Assembly (NCBI GenBank): GCA_965645245.1
Contig: OZ287082.1
Location: forward strand, 1,426,001-1,490,000
DNA length: 64,000 nucleotides
Source: Massalongia carnosa
Lineage: Eukaryota
Direction of reading: 5' to 3'
Part shown: positions 59,641-64,000 of the stretch, piece by piece
How the letters are laid out: each line of letters starts with the position of its first letter
How positions within the stretch are numbered: the first letter of the stretch is position 1
The notes under the pieces: generated by a model
Seen by the model: only the letters and a program-made list of their open reading frames with translations
Databases searched by the model: none
What the model was told of the DNA's origin: nothing
Position numbers and translations under genes: made by a program

Positions 59641-60221
59641 TCGTTATAGGGGAAAGAGAAAACAAAGAAACACTTGAATGTAGGTCGGACGTAATGTCAC
59701 GGACAAGGTCCAGATAGGGAGATATACAAGAGTTACTATTTAGAAAGCTAGGTCTAGGGATAGTATACAAGACGTCCGACGAAGAGCTCCAAACACCTGA
59801 GAAACCACATAGGTTTTATAGCCATGGCTTCCAACTCCCCTATTCTTGACTTGCCCTCATCTCTGTTCCTGTTCTAATTTCCTAACCATGATCGCTTTGA
59901 CCTGTTCCGCCTTTCTCCATGCCGAAGCAATCTCTCTCTGCTGGGCAATCCCAGTCGTAGGCTTGGATAGTGGAGACGTTGAGATTGGATTCGGGATATA
60001 GGAGTTTGGGAGTGCACTGAAGGCAGCGGAAGAACGTCTGAACACATGGGGCGAGGTTTCAGGATAGTTCGGAATAACGGGCCACGGTTCTATTCAACAT
60101 GCAGGGCAGGTTTCACGGCAAGAGAGCCTGTTAAATACTAACCCGATCAGGAAACGTGGGAGGGTGCGAGGTAATTCCATGACAATCGGAATAAGAATTA
60201 TTATTATTATTATTATCTTCA

Positions 60222-60720
60222 AACTTGACGTCTAATAAATTTTTTTGTAATCATAAAATATTTCAGACTTTTATAAACAGTAATAATTTAACCGATATTC
60301 CAGTAATTTTTAATTTTAACCTTTATTGTTCAAAAAATTTAATTATAATTAACAGTTTCTTGCCGTAAATCTTTTAATTACATTCTATTAAGCTTAAATT
60401 CTTGAAAAAAAAGTTAATTGAATGTAATTCTTCGAATTTTTTTGGTTGAGACATGATTTCTTCGTTGACGTAATCTAACGAGCCTGTTTTTAAATAACAT
60501 TGTTTCTCTATATCAAAAGAAGTCAGAATTAACGCTTTGATAATTTTATATTTTAATTCTTAAAAAGCATGTTCGAATATGTCGTTTTATTCAAAAAAAA
60601 ATTCTTTCTTTATCAGAGCGTTTAACGAACTTGCGATTTTGAAAAATCACGAATAAATCTCCAATAAAGGTTATAAAATCCTGTAAAGAATCGTACTCCT
60701 CGCAGTGCGGAGGGTTGAAG
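60222..60720 (-). pseudogene. Heavily AT-shifted Gypsy RT/RNase H relic (continues at ~51990-52456)
   Basis: Minus-strand traces GVRFFTGFYNLYWRFIRDFSK and KYFMITKKFIRRQ, which continue as VQCIEFLVEFNL..KVD and LIRGSN..KKHRMQT on the other side of the insertions. Confidence 0.7.
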
Positions 60721-61157
60721 AACTCCAGCGAGTCGGTGGCAAGTCAGGTGATGAGTCAGGTGATTTGTCATGTAGTTGGGTGCTGGCATCTTGGCGTTCC
60801 CGTTATATGAGTCTTATTCTCGCACTTTCCTTCTCGTCTTTGGAGATATCCATAATCGGATCATTCTCCTATCAACATACAGCTATAATAGATACTTTTA
60901 TTCATTCAACTAGTCTATAATTGATTGGTATGTCGATTCATTAATTGATTCAGTTAGGCTCTGTTGATTTGTTAATTTGTTTGTTTGTTTCATCCTTCTA
61001 TCGTTTGCCACCACCCAGTTTATCCCTTTACAGCAGATAAGTGAGAACTTTTCAACTGATTATAATCCGAATTTTGATCAGACTTAACTTTATTTCTTCG
61101 ATGATGATTATCACTCATAAGTATCTGACATCAGTCATATTAATCTCATACTTGTCT

Positions 61158-61276
61158 ATGATGATGATAATGATGATGTATTCACACTCCGATATGACAC
61201 CTGCCGTAGGCCGGCCCATGCGGGCAAAGCTATCTAAGTTATGTTACATGGAAAACCTTTCACAGGTGTAAAAACC
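61158..61276 (-). mobile_element. LINE 3' end (conserved motif + (TCA)n tail), cut by a Copia LTR
   Basis: CCGATATG..GCCG.AGGCCGGCCCATGCGGGC..GGAAAACCTTT..AAAAACCT matches 16521-16610. Confidence 0.75.
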
Positions 61277-64000
61277 TGTTGAAATAGGTGTATGACTATG
61301 GCTATATGGCTATGTAATAATAAAGGTATGTATGACCGTGATGTTAAGGATGAAGAGTTGCTAGGCAGCAATCTTTTCCTATTACTGGTCACCCCCTTCT
61401 AAGCGAGGTGATCTTATCTTATCTTGGGACTAAGCCTAATGCGGCATCTACGGTTTCCGTAGATGATCTGTCCATCTAGGGCAGCCGTAGGTGCTATGTT
61501 CATCGTACTAATAGGTGTTCATTGTGCTGGTAGGAATTGGATATTCAACACCCCCCCTCAAGTCCTACCAGTACTTGTTTCCATCGTGGATTCAACCGTG
61601 GTTGAACCTCTTTACCTCTCATGTCTGTTTGTCCATGTTGAGCTGTCTGATAAAGGAGAAGAACTTGACGTGCGTGAGGGTTTTTGTCAGTCCATCTGCA
61701 ATCATGTCTTCGGTCGGAACATAGGTGAGTTCGATTCTTCCTTCTAGCACCTCGTTTCGTATCAAGTAGTGCTGAATGTCGATATGCTTGGTCCTGGAGT
61801 GTAATACGGGGTTATTGGCCAGTGCTATGGCGCTTTGATTGTCGCCTTTCAATGCAATTGTGCCTTCTCCTCTTAACACGTTTATTGTCGGGGATCCGTC
61901 ATCAGAAGTCGTCAATCCGAGTTCGGTCATCAGTAAACGTAGCCATGTTGCCTCCTTTGCTACTAAGGTGAGTGCCATATACTCTGCTTCGGTTGATGAC
62001 AATGTGACGGTTATTTGTCTTTTGGAACACTAGCTTATTGGTCCATTGTTCAGCATGAACACATAACCCCAGTTGGATTTTCGCTGCTATTTGTCGAAGG
62101 TGATGTCTCTATTCTTGGTACCGCTAAGGTATCTGAGAATGTGTTTGGCCGCTTCCATATGTGTTTTGCCTGGATTCTTTGCATTTCGACTGATTACGGA
62201 CGTTGCGAAAGCTACGTCTGGCCTGGTTTCTATCATTGCGAACGTGATGGATCCGACCATGGTTTGATATTGCTTTATGTCCTTGTCGGAGTCCTGAAAT
62301 TCATTGATGAAGAGACAGCCTTCTCGCATGGGAGTGCTTTATGGTTTTGTTGACTCGATCTCGTTCGACTTTAAGGCCTAGATAGTAGCTGATTGGTCCC
62401 ATGTCTACCATCTTGAAAGCTAGCTTGAGCTGTTTCTTGACTTCGGTGATCATCGGGGAACCCTTGGGCCTATGATGTTCAAATCGTCAACGAAAGAGGT
62501 AACAATGTGTCCTTTTATCCCTTGAGGTGTGACGAAAATGTTATGATCTGCGTGGAGTTTCTCCAATCCTAATTTGCTCAATAGAAAAGCTGACAGTCGT
62601 TCATACCAGGGACGCGGAGACTGTTCAAACCGTATAGGGCTTTGTTCAACCTGCACACCATGCCAGCTGTGTCATATCCTTTCGGCATGTGGACATAGAT
62701 GAGTTGATAATGAGACCGTTCAGAAAAGCTGTCACTATATCCAGTCGCTCGATGTGCAGATAATGATGAGCAGCTAACGCGAATAGCAAGCGAAAAGCCA
62801 TTGTTTGGCCATAGATGCAAAGGTTTGATCGAAATCTACTCAGTATTGTTGGAGATATCCTTGACAACCCATCTGGCTTTAAAGCGAACGGTCTTTTCAT
62901 TTACGTCCCGTTTCAGCTTGAATACTCATTTGCCACTTAAGACTATATGTTCGGGTTCCATGGACTCGGTAGGTAATGTATCCCATCTTTGAATGTGGCG
63001 TCTTCATGAATTCGTAAGTTCTTGACCCTAATGACCTTGTACTCTTTTTCCATAAAGACGCGATAGATGGTGCTTCTGTCATATCCACACAGGATTCCTT
63101 TCTGAGCCCTCGGAGAAAATTTAGCAGCCTTGCTGTTTATTCCTTTTCGCTCTTCTTCGTGAATTAATGCATAGACTGTAGATCCGAGAATTCTCAGGTG
63201 ATCCAGCTTAGGTGACTTCTTCTCGAAGATCTCATACGGGGTTTTACCTGCTAAGGCGTTGGTTGGTCTGACGTTCTTGGTGTGAACCATGGCTAGAACC
63301 ACTTCTGCCTACAAGTAGTCTGGAACGTCTCTGGCAATGACACTGCATCTTGTCATGTCTATGATGGTTCTGCCCATTCGTTCCGCGACTCCGTTTTCAT
63401 CTTGAGAGTATGGAGCAGCTGTTTCAAACGTTATGCCTTGTTCCTAGGACCAAACGTCTGACTTGTGACTGCGAAGCTCCGCGCCGAAGTCAGTGCGAAA
63501 ACTGCTTATGAGTTTAGCCTTTCCGGATTTGTTTTGAGCCATGCTGTAGTATGTCAACAAGTGATCAAACCATTCACTCTTCTTGTGTCCGGTATAGACA
63601 TGAGTGTATCTGCTAGCATCACAGGTGAAAGGAAAGAGGTAAAGTTCTTCAAGAAGTCCTGATGGCTTGATTAGTCCCACTAGGTCAGAGTTTATCTTTT
63701 GAAAGAGCTCTGTGGCCTTCTCTTGCCGTGTTCGGTTATATATCTTTTTGGCTTTTCCCATTTCGCATGCATGGCAAAACCAACCGTGGTTGATATCGTC
63801 ATCGTACGTTATGTCTAGCGTTTTCAGATATTTTCGACACGTTGCTATGTTGAGATGACCAAGCCTTCCATGCCATGTAGTGAGTTTTGATTTGACAGAT
63901 AATGACGTCCAGTCCTTGATAGGTGTCCTCGTCCACTTTGCTCAAATGCATCCTCAAATCTGGAGTGTCAATGGTCGTTGAAATGTTGGTTGATGTATGA
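61277..64000 (-). mobile_element. Degenerate Ty1/Copia retrotransposon (3' LTR 61277-61550; pol fragments), extends beyond window
   Basis: LTR TGTTG..CAACA with PPT GAGGGGGGG. Order integrase (WHGRLGHL, RTDFG) - RT (FVDDL) - RNase H (SSTEAEY, GDNQSA, SRTKHIDI, ADGLTK). Many frameshifts. Confidence 0.92.

Larger units (their letters stand above)
53514..60184 (-). mobile_element. Intact Ty3/Gypsy chromovirus (Tf1/Maggy-like), 490-bp LTRs
   Basis: LTRs 53514-54003 and 59695-60184 (one mismatch seen, 53640 vs 59821); TSD ATCGG; PPT GAAGAGGGAC before the 3' LTR. Confidence 0.96.
52457..60221 (+). mobile_element. 5'-truncated LINE 3' fragment, split by two LTR insertions
   Basis: AKAESALAIQIR / DKIGLAAFL..CSCGW..HVIMFC matches the ORF2 C-terminus at 16756-17100. 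Conserved 3' motif at 53476-53513, (TAT)n tail at 60198-60216, 10-bp flanking direct repeat AACTTGACGT (52447-56, 60222-31). Confidence 0.8.

Noticed and set aside
1..64000. Starship/giant transposon, rRNA or tRNA genes
   Set aside because: No tyrosine-recombinase captain or boundary motif seen, and no RNA gene recognisable. An enclosing larger element cannot be excluded from this window alone.

Overview
Eukaryotic, not prokaryotic, DNA. GT-AG introns with CTRAY branch sites, CFEM and PTH11-like genes and RIP-like CpA>TpA decay point to a filamentous ascomycete (Pezizomycotina). Well over half of the window is transposable elements, often nested with resolvable target-site duplications (TSDs). 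These comprise Tad1-like LINEs, two near-intact chromodomain Ty3/Gypsy elements, a decayed Ty1/Copia, several solo LTRs, a small non-autonomous LTR element, three pogo/Fot1/Tigger-type and two Tc1-type DNA transposons. Between them lies a set of same-strand host genes: a PDR-type ABC transporter, a PTH11/SAT4-like membrane protein, a CFEM protein, three cytochrome P450s and a decayed MBOAT O-acyltransferase. They look like the tailoring/export part of a secondary-metabolite or detoxification cluster, with no backbone synthase in view. Most unusual items: a Tc1-like DD38E element with CAC...GTG ends and a 5-bp TSD instead of TA; a TRIM-like element carrying a His/Cys/Met-rich 15-aa repeat ORF upstream of the ABC gene; a Tc1 element inside a P450 intron; and a conserved LINE 3' stem-loop region hit twice by LTR elements. 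Coordinates were counted by eye and may be off by a few bases. Family assignments rest on motif recognition, not database searches.
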